Below are positions 18,338 to 28,319 of a stretch of DNA of 36,404 nucleotides, piece after piece. The position numbers and the translations under genes are program-made. The stretch's first letter is position 1; each line of letters opens with the position of its first letter. The notes below the pieces were generated by a model that worked only from the letters and a program-made list of their open reading frames with translations, did not search any database and had not been told where the DNA came from. This DNA is from Candidatus Poribacteria bacterium (GTDB lineage: Bacteria > Poribacteria > WGA-4E > UBA9662). The DNA is taken from positions 1 to 36,404 of the forward strand of contig JAYGDX010000368.1 in assembly GCA_046582655.1 (NCBI GenBank). Direction: 5' to 3'.

Positions 18338-18932
18338 TTAAATGTGGGGTCCTCGCTCACGGATGATTTTGATTGCCAGTTCCGGATCAATTTGAACAAT
18401 CATCTCCGGTTCGATACTGCAATGCCCTGGCAAATCAAAGCCAGCGACCGCACTGCGAGTATGCCATCCGGATAGTGATGTATCCATTCCATCCTCAGCT
18501 GATTCAGACAGCGGCCCACCAAATACGTCGTGAAAAACCTTGGTGTAGCCATCTACCACACGAGGCGATTTGGAAAAAGAACCACCACCATGCGAGTTGA
18601 CCATGCCAATGCACTTAACACAATACCAGATATCATTTAAAGTGCCAAAAGGATCTAGTCCCCAATGTAAAGCACGGACGTGTTTAATCCCCGCTTCGCG
18701 TCCTGATTGGTAACCAACTTCCACGTCCTGATCATCATTAAGTCAACGCTCCTGAGCCGCCACCGGTTCCTGAGGTGAAAACTAGTCCGGATGGTGTAAA
18801 GGCGAGTGAACAGATGCGTCGACCTTTGGGAGCCGAGATCGAATCCTCTTGCTTGCCGAGATCGATGTTGAGTTTCTTCAGTCTGTGGTATACATCAAAA
18901 TTGCGATTCCATGGGCTATCTTGGCTGATCAT
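18338..18932 (-). pseudogene. RidA/YjgF/UK114-family gene split by a frameshift
   Basis: The N-half (18932-18738: RLKKLNIDL..LVFTSGT) stops at TAA 18738-18740. The shifted frame continues NDDQDVEVGY..VKCIGMVNS..PRVVDG..VFG..HTRSAV..LPGHCSIEPEMIV, typical of the C-half of the HxRSAV-type Rid subfamilies. Confidence 0.75.
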
Positions 18933-18953
18933 TTTAGTTCCTTTCCAAATTTG

Positions 18954-19643
18954 TTATGCATTATTTTCTCGCCCCAGCATCTGGCAAACTTGTTCCGTAA
19001 CGCCATTAATGACAGCGTCGAGGATATGCCCTCCTTTAGGAATGCTAGCGAGTTTCGCGTTTTCGTAGTTGATCTGATCCTGTCGAATATGTTGCGGGAA
19101 AGCCACCATGGCAAAAGAGGTTTCAAATTCTCCTGCATGACCAGCACTCCGCTCCAACTCCAGGTTCTGCTCATAAAAGGATTCCGGACAGGTTCTCCAA
19201 TAGGTAATGTAGGTGACACCCAGATCATCTAGCTTCTTAATCTGATCAGGTGCTTTCGGTTCCAGATTCTGCCGCATATTTCCACCGTGCCCGTTGAGTA
19301 CCATAACCTTGGATATGCCCAGGCGTTTTAGGCTGTGGCATACATCATAGACATACTCCAAGAATATCTCAGGCCGAATAGTCAAGGCACCTCCATGTGC
19401 CATGTGGTGTTCGGATACTGACATGGAAATGGTAGGTGTTACTAACATATGTGGATAAAATTGCCTCGCGGTCCGTTCAGCTATCTCAGTAACGCTAACT
19501 GTGTCGTGGATCATAGCTAAATGATCCTGATGTTGTTCCAAGGCACCAGTTGGAACGATTGCACCTTCGACTGTGCCACTGGAAATGGCCTTCCCTAATT
19601 CCTTCCGCGTCAATTCTCCTAGAAATACACTTTTTCCTGGCAT
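18954..19643 (-). CDS. Creatininase/creatinine amidohydrolase family protein
   Basis: VPTGALEQHQDHLAMIHD, SEHHMAHGG, LNGHGGN, GHAGEFETS; GGGGAG RBS. Confidence 0.92.
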   Translation of the reverse strand: MPGKSVFLGELTRKELGKAISSGTVEGAIVPTGALEQHQDHLAMIHDTVSVTEIAERTARQFYPHMLVTPTISMSVSEHHMAHGGALTIRPEIFLEYVYDVCHSLKRLGISKVMVLNGHGGNMRQNLEPKAPDQIKKLDDLGVTYITYWRTCPESFYEQNLELERSAGHAGEFETSFAMVAFPQHIRQDQINYENAKLASIPKGGHILDAVINGVTEQVCQMLGRENNA

Positions 19644-20131
19644 TAACTCCCCCTTATATCGAACTATTGCGTTTATTCTGTCCGCTGAATGTCATCTCCA
19701 GCAATCTTACCAATTTCTTCCAACCCAGGTCAATAAAAACCTGATTTTGGCGTTTATTAGTCCTGATGGTAATTGTTTAATAAATATTTTTCTTTGGTTA
19801 CCTAAGAAAAACTAAAGTATATTATGTTTTGACCAGACGGGTAATGTTAGACTGGAAGTTACTTTGAGACCTCCATAGCAATCGAGAAATCTCGCCAACC
19901 AAAACCGAATATCACTGTGAATATAAATTAAGAGGTTCTTTTTTCCTTGGACGTGTTCTGGGCTGTCATTGAAATTGATGGGAAGATATCGGGATACCCG
20001 GAAAATTTATTGTTCTCAGGTGGGCAATTTAATTATGTTTCTGAACCCAGAGTTTTATATAATAAAGCGTTACCTGAATTTGAGATGACGTCAAAATAGA
20101 GGTACTGTCTTTGGAGGGACATTGAAATACT

Positions 20132-20899
20132 ATGGCAGCGAGAAAAATATTGGTTACTGGCATGAGTGGTTTGATAGGTAGTGTTGTCCGTAACCGATTA
20201 GAAAGCAAGTATACCCTGCGTGCGTTGAATCGGCGTCGCATCTCAGGACTGGAATGTTACCAAGCCGACATTGCCAATCTGGAGGAGATTCAACCTGCCT
20301 TTGATGGACAGGATGTGGTTGTGCATCTAGCGGCGGTGGCTGACGGCGGTGCAACATGGGATGATTTGTTGGGTCCTAATGTTCTCGGTACCTACAACGT
20401 ATTTGAAGCTTCTCGGCGAGCTGGAGTGAAACGTATCATCTATGCCAGTAGCGGATCAACAATCAGCAACTGGGAGCGTGAGTTACCTTATGGCGCAATT
20501 GTTAAAGGCGATTATAACCAAGTATCTGAGAACTGGCCGAAATTAACCCACGAATCCGTCACTAGGCCTAGTGGTCTTTATGGATGCACGAAGGTATGGG
20601 GTGAAGCATTGGCTAGGCATTTCTCTGACACATATGATATTTCCGTCATCTGCTTGCGTATTGGTGCTGTAAATCGGGAAAATCGACCGACTTCCCCACG
20701 GCATTTCTCCGTTTGGTGTAGTCAAGACGATATTGCGCAGATGGTTGAGAAATGTATTGAAGCACCAGATGACCTCCGATTCGACACTTTCTTTGTCGTA
20801 TCGGACAACAAATGGAGTTACCGAGACATATCTCACTCCCATCAAGTTGTTGGCTATCAGCCACAAGATGCTGCAGAAGAACATCGCAAGGATTCATGA
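20132..20899 (+). CDS. NAD-dependent epimerase/dehydratase (extended SDR, uronate dehydrogenase-like)
   Basis: ILVTGMSGLIG, VVHLAA, NVLGTYNVFEA, YASS, YGCTK, CLRIG, W..SQDDIAQ. Confidence 0.88.
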   Translation: MAARKILVTGMSGLIGSVVRNRLESKYTLRALNRRRISGLECYQADIANLEEIQPAFDGQDVVVHLAAVADGGATWDDLLGPNVLGTYNVFEASRRAGVKRIIYASSGSTISNWERELPYGAIVKGDYNQVSENWPKLTHESVTRPSGLYGCTKVWGEALARHFSDTYDISVICLRIGAVNRENRPTSPRHFSVWCSQDDIAQMVEKCIEAPDDLRFDTFFVVSDNKWSYRDISHSHQVVGYQPQDAAEEHRKDS

Positions 20900-21188
20900 G
20901 CTTAAGAGATAAGAGCGCTTTCACCGGTTGAAATATTGAGGGTGTTTCTGTTTTTTTATTTTAAAGAAGTGGTTAGCGCCTTCAAATTTCTTTCGTCGCT
21001 GGCAGGTGAAAATGGTGCAGTGAGTATTCGGTCAAATCAGTCTAAGGCCAAGGATGTTGGAAAAAACATAGTCCAAACAGTAATATAGACTGTGCTGATT
21101 GATAAGTTTGGGTATAAACTGCGGTTACCTACTAAGCCAATAGGATCAGGGTTACACAGCGCAGGATAGTGTGTTTGGCTAGACACGG

Positions 21189-22649
21189 TCAACACCAGTC
21201 CTTTTTCCATGCCTTATAGTACCAACGTCGTTCAACAGGATCGAAGAACAAGGCGGTCAAAGTAAGTCCCATTGCGGAGATGAAAAACAGAACCGCGTTA
21301 GGTGTTCGCCCTGTCCAACCCTCCCACGGTAAGGGAAAACCGAAGAAGGCGAAGTTCAGCCCAAAGTAAGCCCACGTGCAGAATATGAGCGCACTGCGGA
21401 TGAAAGCAGGATGCTCTCCATCCGGTTTTGCTTTACGCGCAAACCCAACCGCGAGGGTCGTGGCCAACAGCATCGGTAGGATGAAATAGGCCAGCCAACC
21501 TACGCTGAGGTTGATAGGGTTTCCCACCGAGTAAACCAACATGCGCAGTGTCTTGCCGGCAATGGGGAGTAGTGTGATTGGTAGCAGTTGTAGGTACGGC
21601 CACCAGCGACCCCGCACACAGGCTACTAACGGGATGAGACCCATCATTAAACCAAGGTCGTACACGCCGTCGATCCAAGAGAATTTGCTAAAGTCCACCA
21701 ACACCAGCAGGAATAGATGAAGACCTAGCAACCCGCCTATCAGCCAGCTGGGTAGGGGACTGGCATCCGGCTCGGACGAAACGCCAATTCGGCTTCGATT
21801 CAGCCACAGTCCGAGGCCAAGCACAGCCCCCATCACTGTACCAAAAGTGGTCTCCATTATGTTCCACCAGTTGAAATACCGGGTGAACGATCCGATGAAG
21901 CTCTCGCGGAAGAAGTCAGGGTTCCATGCATTAGTGGCCTGAAATGCTTGGCCAAGAGGAAAACCCAATGCCCCGCCGAGCATCCCCCACAACGCCAGGT
22001 TTCTTGCAAGAGAATCCTTTTTTGCTAATGCGGCGTATAGGACACCCGTGACCAACGCACACCATAGGCCTCCCCATATTTCGGGTCGGTGCTTTAATTC
22101 AACGCCGGGCTCCCAGTGCCAATGGTCGGAAAAGTACAGTAGTGGCAGGCGCTTGTTTTCTGGGTTATGTGGTGAGTTGAACAGCCACCATCCCGCTACA
22201 ACGGCAGTCAGCATACCGATGACTAACAGGAACATCTCGAAGGGGCGATACCGTTTACCGCTTAAGCCTAAGCCTAGGAAAAATCCAGAAAAGCCGATCC
22301 ACACACCGCCTTTGATGGCGAGGCCAAGCATCCCCCAACGAAGGGAAGCCCAGTTCCCAACCAGCGGCGTATCATGGGTCAAGCCGACTGTCTGGCCGTA
22401 AGTCATCGAACCCCCAAAGCCCATAGCGATCGTTCCCAGTGCGGCAGCTCGAATCACGTGGATAGACGTGTTACCTGGGCAAAAGAGAAACACCAGATTT
22501 AGGCTCACCAACACACCGGCGATCATGGCACCGGTCTCATGACCGTATTGGCCGCGAATGCCCCATCCCATACCACCGGCCATAGCAGTCGTCAGCATCA
22601 CCAGCCAAAGCGGTGGTTTGGGTTGTAATGGTTGGTCAATTGTACTCAT
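21189..22649 (-). CDS. Polytopic membrane protein of unknown function
   Basis: Many Gly-rich TM helices with polar motifs GWGIRGQYGHETGAM, FGGSMTYGQTVGL, RPEIWGG and NWWNIMETTFG. Confidence 0.82.
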   Translation of the reverse strand: MSTIDQPLQPKPPLWLVMLTTAMAGGMGWGIRGQYGHETGAMIAGVLVSLNLVFLFCPGNTSIHVIRAAALGTIAMGFGGSMTYGQTVGLTHDTPLVGNWASLRWGMLGLAIKGGVWIGFSGFFLGLGLSGKRYRPFEMFLLVIGMLTAVVAGWWLFNSPHNPENKRLPLLYFSDHWHWEPGVELKHRPEIWGGLWCALVTGVLYAALAKKDSLARNLALWGMLGGALGFPLGQAFQATNAWNPDFFRESFIGSFTRYFNWWNIMETTFGTVMGAVLGLGLWLNRSRIGVSSEPDASPLPSWLIGGLLGLHLFLLVLVDFSKFSWIDGVYDLGLMMGLIPLVACVRGRWWPYLQLLPITLLPIAGKTLRMLVYSVGNPINLSVGWLAYFILPMLLATTLAVGFARKAKPDGEHPAFIRSALIFCTWAYFGLNFAFFGFPLPWEGWTGRTPNAVLFFISAMGLTLTALFFDPVERRWYYKAWKKDWC

Positions 22650-22759
22650 AATTCGTAGATTGTTTTGGAAAGGATGACTCGGGTGAGTTGTTCTTCGTTG
22701 CCCATGTTGTACTTCAGTTCAATTCAATCAGCCTCGTTTCGGCGCTGACTTTCAATACG

Positions 22760-23800
22760 TCAAAGCAGGATCTCTTTCATCGAGTCGATTAACCCGTCTG
22801 GCGGATCAAACGGAAGTTCAACAGGTGCGTATGTTAGAGCACTCTGATATATTCCCATCAGCAGATTAAATTCTGCCAGTGATTGGGCCAGATGGGTTGG
22901 ATGCACATTTTGATCATCATTAAGCCAATCAAAAACTGCTTCGGTAAGTCCTGCTTGACCTAAAATATCTTGTTCGCCGTAACTGTGGGAACCGCTCTCA
23001 TACCCGTTCTCTGGTGTGTTACGTTCCCAACCATCCATGTTCCAGTGAATGAAACCATGGGTGCCCAAAACAGCAATCCGTTTGTGTCGATGTGCTCCTG
23101 AATTATCACTAATTGCTGGTGCACCCTCGGTTCCAAAGGTAACAAGGCCGCGTATGCCATTGGCATAAGTTATCGATGCCGTTGCGTGACTCGGAGACGG
23201 CTGAAGAGAATCCAGCAGGCTTCCATCTGCAACTTGACCAAAAACTTTGACAGGCTGCGAATTGTCGATGTATGAAGACACAAGTTGAAGGACGTGCGGC
23301 CCTTGATCTATTGGTGTCGAACGAGCACTGGCATCAATAAACTTAATGTCACCAATCCTTCCGGCGGCTATATCACGTTTGAGTTCCAAATTTCGCGGAT
23401 GGAAGTTAAGTTGCGTGTTCACACAGAATTTTGTCTTGGTGTTCTGACATAATTCTGCTAACTGCTTCCAATCTTCTGCTGCTACCGCAATTGGTTTCTC
23501 CACAATAGCAGCAGGTACTTCATGGTCCGATGCAACTTGCATCAACGAATGGCGGATCAGTTGACTTGTTCCTCGCAATGTGGGTGCTGTGACAATATGC
23601 AATAAATCGGGACTTTCTTGCTCCAGCATCTGATGAAGATCTGTGTAGCGTTTTAAGATGCCAAAGTCATCTCCAAAAGCGTTGAGAAGTTGTTCATTCA
23701 TGTCGCATATGGCAACAATTTCGCTCCCTTCCACATGTTGATATGCTTGGGCGTGCCCACGCGCTCGCCCACCACAACCTAAGAACGCAGATTTATACAT
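22760..23800 (-). CDS. Gfo/Idh/MocA family oxidoreductase
   Basis: LGCGGRA..H, VAICD, YTDLHQMLEQESPDLLHIVT, IVEKPIA, DQGPH; GGGAGA RBS. Confidence 0.9.
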   Translation of the reverse strand: MYKSAFLGCGGRARGHAQAYQHVEGSEIVAICDMNEQLLNAFGDDFGILKRYTDLHQMLEQESPDLLHIVTAPTLRGTSQLIRHSLMQVASDHEVPAAIVEKPIAVAAEDWKQLAELCQNTKTKFCVNTQLNFHPRNLELKRDIAAGRIGDIKFIDASARSTPIDQGPHVLQLVSSYIDNSQPVKVFGQVADGSLLDSLQPSPSHATASITYANGIRGLVTFGTEGAPAISDNSGAHRHKRIAVLGTHGFIHWNMDGWERNTPENGYESGSHSYGEQDILGQAGLTEAVFDWLNDDQNVHPTHLAQSLAEFNLLMGIYQSALTYAPVELPFDPPDGLIDSMKEILL

Positions 23801-23944
23801 GATAGAGTCTCCCTAAATTATATACCTTGATCTTTCCTTTGATGAGCCAATCTATTCTTTTAACCTAACTTAAATTCTTCTTGAGGTAACATCTGCAATC
23901 CTAAGCACTTCAAGAAAGTTAATACCGCTTTTTTACTCTTCAGC

Positions 23945-23973
23945 ATTATAACAGAACAGAGTTAACTGGTAAA
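23945..23973 (-). promoter_or_regulatory. Putative sigma70 promoter for the Gfo/Idh/MocA gene
   Basis: Minus strand TTTACC, 17-bp spacer, TATAAT preceded by TGn. Confidence 0.55.
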
Positions 23974-24052
23974 CATTAAAAGGTGCCTGAGACCTGTTTT
24001 CTTTTCCTTAAATGTTGTGGATGATGGCGTGTTTGCTCATCTCCAACCTTCT

Positions 24053-25378
24053 TTAGCCTATAGCCTTTTCCACTGCCTCTATCAAACCGTCAATATGTAT
24101 GGGCTCCATCGGTAAAGAGATTGCGTTCATTGACAATCCATGACTGAGGAAATAACCTTGCTCCAACAGGGCAAGGAAGAGTCGATGTGTCATTTCTTTG
24201 TCTGTACGTGCGAGACTACGGTAGTTCATCAGGGCTTCGCCGGTAAGATGAATGCTGAAGACTGACCCGATGTTGACGGCCTGTGCTGATACGTTTTTAC
24301 AGAAAAAAAGGTCATTCAATCCGTTGCAAAGCCGGTCGCCTAACTCATTCAGGTGTGCAAACGCTTCGGGTGTCAATTGTTTCAATGTCGCTAATCCTGC
24401 CGCCATGGTAACCGGATGGCCACTGAATGTGCCGCTCTGGGAAAAGCCTGTGTTTCCGCAAGTATTGTCTAGTAGATCCATGATGTCTGCCCTTCCTCCA
24501 AACGCTCCGACAGGGAAACCACCACCGATGATTTTACCGTATGTCGTTAGATCTGGTAGAATACCATAGTACTCCTGTAATCCTCCCTGGCCCACCCGAA
24601 AGCCGACAATCTCATCGAAAATAAGCAGCACGCGGTTCTCCCGTGTGATCTCTCGAACGAACTGAACGAATTCTTTACGTTGCGGCAGTACACCGGTTTT
24701 GGGGTCAAAAATGACACAAGCTAACTCACGACGATGTTGGGTTATGAGCTTTTCAACAGAAACTTCATCGTTGTAAGGAAGAACAACGACTTCTTCGGTC
24801 GCATATGGGGACATGCCTCCGGCTGTCGGAACGCCGTTAGGCATAGTTTCAGTTCCTGCTTTTTCCAAAGGAGGGGAGACACTGACTTCGACAACGTCAT
24901 GACTACCATGATATCCTCCCTCAAATTTGGCAATTTTGGTTCGTCCACTGAAACCTCGTGCCAACCGTATAGCGTGTAGCGTTGCCTCGGTCCCGGAGTT
25001 GCAAAAGCGTATTCGATTCACTGAAGATATACGGCAGCACATCTCCTCGGATAATTCTGTTTCGATACCTGTGGACGCCCCCAGTGCAATGCCATTTGCC
25101 AATTGTTCCTGAATCACTTCTATGACTGCTGGGTGATTATGTCCCAGAATCATTGCGCTGTGATGGTTGGCAAAATCTGTAAACTGACGTTCTTCGACAT
25201 CGTACAAGTAACACCTATCACCTCGGTTCATTGTTAGGGGATATGGCCGGTGAAAGTAGGCTCCTTTGACTCCACCCGGCATAGTTTTGCAGGCACGCTC
25301 GAATAGTTCTTTTGAACGTGGACTTCCAGTACGATAACGTTCCTCTAGTAAGATATCTCTCGTTACCGTGTTTTTCAT
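24053..25378 (-). CDS. Class III PLP-dependent aminotransferase, glutamate-1-semialdehyde aminomutase-like
   Basis: MILGHNHP, IRFCNSGTEAT, KFEGGYHG, LIFDEIVGFR, PDLTTYGKIIGGGFPVGAFGG (PLP Lys), SGTFSGHP. Confidence 0.9.
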   Translation of the reverse strand: MKNTVTRDILLEERYRTGSPRSKELFERACKTMPGGVKGAYFHRPYPLTMNRGDRCYLYDVEERQFTDFANHHSAMILGHNHPAVIEVIQEQLANGIALGASTGIETELSEEMCCRISSVNRIRFCNSGTEATLHAIRLARGFSGRTKIAKFEGGYHGSHDVVEVSVSPPLEKAGTETMPNGVPTAGGMSPYATEEVVVLPYNDEVSVEKLITQHRRELACVIFDPKTGVLPQRKEFVQFVREITRENRVLLIFDEIVGFRVGQGGLQEYYGILPDLTTYGKIIGGGFPVGAFGGRADIMDLLDNTCGNTGFSQSGTFSGHPVTMAAGLATLKQLTPEAFAHLNELGDRLCNGLNDLFFCKNVSAQAVNIGSVFSIHLTGEALMNYRSLARTDKEMTHRLFLALLEQGYFLSHGLSMNAISLPMEPIHIDGLIEAVEKAIG

Positions 25379-25621
25379 TGATATTTCCTTTATGTCTACT
25401 ATTGGTCTTGACTGTGGTTATAGGTGGGAATAGACGGGTTTACGATATTGATCTCCTCACTACGAATAAATCCGAGAGATTCATACTAGCACCAACTCAC
25501 CCTATCTCTACTTTAGTATTGCCGTCTGATTACCGTCGTCACTGTGTAATCTAGCACAGAGATTAATTTGACTGATAGTGACGACAGGCCGCTACCAGGC
25601 ACAATCTCTCAAAGTGGGTTT

Positions 25622-26740
25622 CTAAGGCCGACGGTATAACAGGCAAGCCTGAATGGTATTGGGTGTTTGCATCTCCTTGATCAAGGCCAAAGCAGTGGTT
25701 TGGTCTACGACCTCTACCGAAGTGTACCAACCCCAGTCAGTTCTGGGCTTTTCGGTCATCCAAAGCATGTTGGCATACCAACTCCTGCCGTTATCGCTGC
25801 TCAAGGCTAAACGAGGCGCACGATGGTATCCACAGAGCAGGATTCCACCAGGAAGTTGAACGACCGAGCAATGCGACCCGGTTAAGGTCTCAACCGGACT
25901 GGACCAAGTCTTGCCGCCATCCCAACTATTGGCTCGACACAAACCAGTTCTCTCACCTCGCGGTTCGCCGGGGACTATCTCTGATACTCGATCCTCAGTG
26001 CGCATTAACGCCACCAATCCTCCATCATCCATCTTAGCTATTGCCGGTTCACTAAAAATCATCATGTTGCTGGGATTGCCGCAGCCGATGATTGAAAAAC
26101 TCCAGTTGGCTCCATCATCACTGCTGAGTAGTACACCCGAACTTAGCCAGCTTGTCTGGAGATAACCGGCTACCGGAACTACCAACGTCCCATCATCCAG
26201 TTCCAACATCCGCCCGCCTGTCCACACCCAGGCAGAATTCATGGGCGAGTGATCAATTTCGCAGTCCATTTCCCAGGTTTTGCCTTGATCACTACTGTAG
26301 ATCAATCGCATAGGCTTTTCAGAGACTCCCATCAGACGACCATCGCGACGCACGCCAAGAGTGCTTACCGTTTTAACACCTTCCAACAATGAACCCTGGT
26401 AAGGTTCAGACCAGGTTTTCGCACCATCCGTGGAGCGAATAAAGATGGGCTTGTTGCCACCTGGCTCTACCAAGACAATGATGGTCCCATCCGGCATACG
26501 TACCACGCATGGAATTACACGATACCGTTCTTCATGGGTTGCGGGTCTTCCCTTGTAGATAATTCGTGATTCGGTAGGTTCCCATGCTACCTCTGTCACC
26601 GTGGAGTCAATGTATCGCAGAAATATACGGTAGTCTTCTCCTCCTTCCGCCAATGCAACCGATCCGAAGTACTCACTGGTGAGGATAAGGGCCGCAAGAA
26701 TTATCAGGATTTTGGTGGTTGGTTTGAGTATATTCAACAT
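25622..26740 (-). CDS. Sialidase-family BNR/Asp-box beta-propeller protein, probably secreted
   Basis: Five Asp-boxes (STDGAKTW, SSDQGKTW, SSDDGANW, SWDGGKTW, SSDNGRSW), RVIP, SEPA, LMRT and WYTS; N-terminal signal peptide; GGAGGGAG RBS. Confidence 0.85.
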   Translation of the reverse strand: MLNILKPTTKILIILAALILTSEYFGSVALAEGGEDYRIFLRYIDSTVTEVAWEPTESRIIYKGRPATHEERYRVIPCVVRMPDGTIIVLVEPGGNKPIFIRSTDGAKTWSEPYQGSLLEGVKTVSTLGVRRDGRLMGVSEKPMRLIYSSDQGKTWEMDCEIDHSPMNSAWVWTGGRMLELDDGTLVVPVAGYLQTSWLSSGVLLSSDDGANWSFSIIGCGNPSNMMIFSEPAIAKMDDGGLVALMRTEDRVSEIVPGEPRGERTGLCRANSWDGGKTWSSPVETLTGSHCSVVQLPGGILLCGYHRAPRLALSSDNGRSWYANMLWMTEKPRTDWGWYTSVEVVDQTTALALIKEMQTPNTIQACLLYRRP

Positions 26741-26757
26741 TAATCTCCCTCCTCTTC

Positions 26758-27852
26758 TTAAATGGCTTTTTCAGGTTGGCAATGTAGATGACAGATACTG
26801 ACGATGTTTTTGGCCGGATACTGTTTGATGACAGCTACAGCAGTGGTCTCATCCACCATCTCTACCGATGTGTACCAGCCCCAGTTTCCTGATGGATCTT
26901 CGGTTGACCAAAGCATGTTGGCGTACCAATTTTCACCTCCATCGGCACTTAAGGCCAGACGAGGAGGCCGGTGACATCCGCAGAGCAGTACTCCGTCGAG
27001 AAGTTGGATTAACGAACAGTGCGTTCCTTTCAGTGTCTTGACAGGAGATGACCAAGTCTTGCCGCCATCGTTGCTTCTCGCTTGATGCAAACCGTGTCTA
27101 TTGCCTTGTGAGTCAGTGGAATTGCGTTTGGTTACCCGATCTTCAGTACGCATCAGTACTACTAGCATATCACCTTCCAGTTTGGCCACCGCTGGCTCGC
27201 TGAAAATTACCCAGTCGCTAGAACTGCCACGACCGATAACCGATAAATCCCAAGTAGTTCCATCATCCTCGCTCAAGACAACCCCAGTACTCAGCCAGAT
27301 ACCGTCCATGTCCTGATCGGAGAGATAGCCGGCCACTGGAATTACTAGCGTCCCATCACTGAGCTCCAATATTCGTCCGCCAACCCATGCCCATGCCGCA
27401 ACCATTGGTGAGAAGTCAACCGAATTCCCCATCGTCCAAGTCTCTCCCTGATTGCTACTATATGCCAAACGTAGAGTACCACTGTAACGATAGCCCTTAT
27501 AGGTAAGACATTCTCGACCATCCGGTAACCCCACCGTATGTTTCTTCACGGCAGACGTTCCCAAATTCTCGCTGGCCTGTTCCAGCACTGTTATCAGCCG
27601 ACCATCGTGGCCAACACCGAGGGTACTTACTCCTACCCCGTCTGGTAATATGCCATGGTAAGGTTTAGACCAAGTTTTCCCGCCATCGGCGGACCGAATG
27701 AAAATTGGTCCACTACCTGTTTGCTGCACCAGTATAATAAGGCTGCCATCAAGCAGACGCACGATGCATGGTTGCGCGACATGCTCATCTGGCTGTACTC
27801 GATAGACAATTTGCGATTCAGTTGGTGTCCACGGTGTTTCTATTGTTTGCAT
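26758..27852 (-). CDS. Sialidase-family BNR/Asp-box beta-propeller protein, paralog without a signal peptide
   Basis: Asp-boxes SADGGKTW, SSNQGETW, SEDDGTTW, SNDGGKTW and SADGGENW; colinear with 25622-26740. Confidence 0.85.
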   Translation of the reverse strand: MQTIETPWTPTESQIVYRVQPDEHVAQPCIVRLLDGSLIILVQQTGSGPIFIRSADGGKTWSKPYHGILPDGVGVSTLGVGHDGRLITVLEQASENLGTSAVKKHTVGLPDGRECLTYKGYRYSGTLRLAYSSNQGETWTMGNSVDFSPMVAAWAWVGGRILELSDGTLVIPVAGYLSDQDMDGIWLSTGVVLSEDDGTTWDLSVIGRGSSSDWVIFSEPAVAKLEGDMLVVLMRTEDRVTKRNSTDSQGNRHGLHQARSNDGGKTWSSPVKTLKGTHCSLIQLLDGVLLCGCHRPPRLALSADGGENWYANMLWSTEDPSGNWGWYTSVEMVDETTAVAVIKQYPAKNIVSICHLHCQPEKAI

Positions 27853-28034
27853 GTGTCATGTCCAAGTGTTCTGATACTTGGATTGTTCCCCTTTATTGTG
27901 TTCTCGATGCAATCTCGCACTTACATTCTAGATCGAGGGTTATCAAACACAGGAATAAGCTCCCTTGCCTAATTCAATCAATGTCCAATTTAACTTTAGC
28001 TGAAAATTGTAATCAGAAAAAGCTGGCTTGAAGC

Positions 28035-28064
28035 ATTCTAGCACAGTTGGATTTTTAGAGTAAA
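28035..28064 (-). promoter_or_regulatory. Putative promoter for the sialidase-like pair
   Basis: Minus strand TTTACT, 18-bp spacer, TAGAAT preceded by TGn. Confidence 0.4.
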
Positions 28065-28319
28065 GAGATCTATGGCGGAAGCAGGATTAAGACACCAGGT
28101 CTTTTCCTGTAGTGTGATTGTTATGATTTATTAGGTTATGCTTGAGTTGTAGTGTTGGTTAGGAGACTGGACACCGCGTATTTGAAATCTAGCCTAACTG
28201 TGATAAGATAATCCAGCTAGATCTGATTTCTGGATCACCAATTACCATAATTTTTTAAATGCTTGATGTTTTTATCTTCAGATTAGATGATGTTAACTCC
28301 TGTGGTGTAGCTTGAAACG

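Noticed and set aside
18735..18756. prfB-like programmed +1 frameshift (AGGAG upstream of ACT TAA)
   Set aside because: The P-site codon ACT cannot re-pair well in the +1 frame, and the SD spacing differs from the prfB arrangement; mutation or sequencing error is simpler.
24053..25378. Calling the aminotransferase hemL
   Set aside because: It is HemL-like but lacks the usual PGGVNSPVR and IDYVxSWGP segments and has no tetrapyrrole genes nearby; left without a symbol.
28073..28097. TGGCGGAAGCAGGATT resembles the reverse complement of a tRNA 3' end
   Set aside because: No TTCGA T-loop and no cloverleaf can be built.
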